32,000 nucleotides of DNA from Candidatus Electronema aureum (GTDB lineage: Bacteria > Desulfobacterota > Desulfobulbia > Desulfobulbales > Desulfobulbaceae). Numbering within the stretch: position 1 is the stretch's first letter; each line of letters begins with the position of its first letter. This document shows positions 31,757 through 32,000 of this stretch, piece after piece. Under the pieces are notes generated by a model, which was not told the DNA's origin, did not search any database, and was given only the letters and a program-made list of their open reading frames with translations. Location of the stretch: assembly GCA_004284765.1 (NCBI GenBank), contig NQJD01000007.1, forward strand, positions 1 to 32,000, read 5' to 3'. The translations under genes and the position numbers were made by a program.

Positions 31757-32000
31757 TTACGAGAAAAATTCAATCTGTAGGCTTTCGCCGCTGCCCTGTG
31801 TCAACCTATAACTGCCACCGTCGAGAAATTTCATTCCGTTCTCCGCTGCTGCGGCCTTGATTGGAGCAGTAGTTTCTCTGAGCAATTCTTTGCTCGCCTC
31901 TTGGTTGCTGTGAAGAAGCAGCGTGTTGTTCTCATCGGTAAACTGAAGCAGGAAGGCGTTATGGTTGAGAAAAATCAAATCCTCATAAACATGAGAAATG
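31757..32000 (-). CDS. hypothetical protein, 5'-truncated by the window edge
   Basis: The reading frame stays open to position 32000 (...ISHVYEDLIFLNHNAFLLQFTDENNTLLLH...LQIEFFS*). The track start at 31978 is only a TTG. No family recognised. Confidence 0.4.
   Translation of the reverse strand, partial: ISHVYEDLIFLNHNAFLLQFTDENNTLLLHSNQEASKELLRETTAPIKAAAAENGMKFLDGGSYRLTQGSGESLQIEFFS

Overview
Hand analysis of one 32-kb bacterial chromosomal window; no searches were run and all hairpin and motif coordinates were counted by eye. The gene content (fhs, many PAS hybrid kinases, multi-copy TPR paralogs, an exported truncated globin) suggests a Desulfobacterota-type genome, but taxonomy is unverified.

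Layout, left to right:
- AT-richer edge with one hypothetical ORF.
- Fumarate-lyase-superfamily gene.
- znuA-znuC-znuB.
- A tandem array of four small lipoprotein genes rich in Tyr/Pro/Arg/His. Two of them (37 and 43 aa) are missing from the ORF track.
- Exported beta-carbonic anhydrase.
- A minus-strand accessory block: higB-higA, two TPR paralogs with swapped N-terminal modules, and an RdgC-like protein encoded as two ORFs.
- fhs.
- A divergent intergenic region with six to seven phased 23-bp repeats.
- gabD-like and cbiA-like genes.
- A signal-peptide-bearing group-I truncated haemoglobin next to an Ala-rich secreted repeat protein. The two share a duplicated leader.
- mltG.
- A decayed LRR-Roc (ROCO-like) gene.
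- A His-rich RcnA/NicO-type Ni/Co transporter with a divergent LysR regulator.
- Two large hybrid sensor kinases in one operon.
- hemW.
- A sigma54-driven amtB-glnK operon.
- A Nif11-like small protein at the right edge.

I see no rRNA, tRNA, CRISPR array, transposase or integrase.

The most unusual material:
- The lipoprotein mini-gene array (4968-6366).
- The exported globin / Ala-rich protein pair with a covarying leader hairpin (16498-17861).
- The modular TPR cassettes joined by a repeated junction that includes the higA 3' end (8837-10636).
- The split RdgC (7497-8673).
- The 23-bp phased repeat array (13250-13433).

None of these can be assigned a function from sequence alone.
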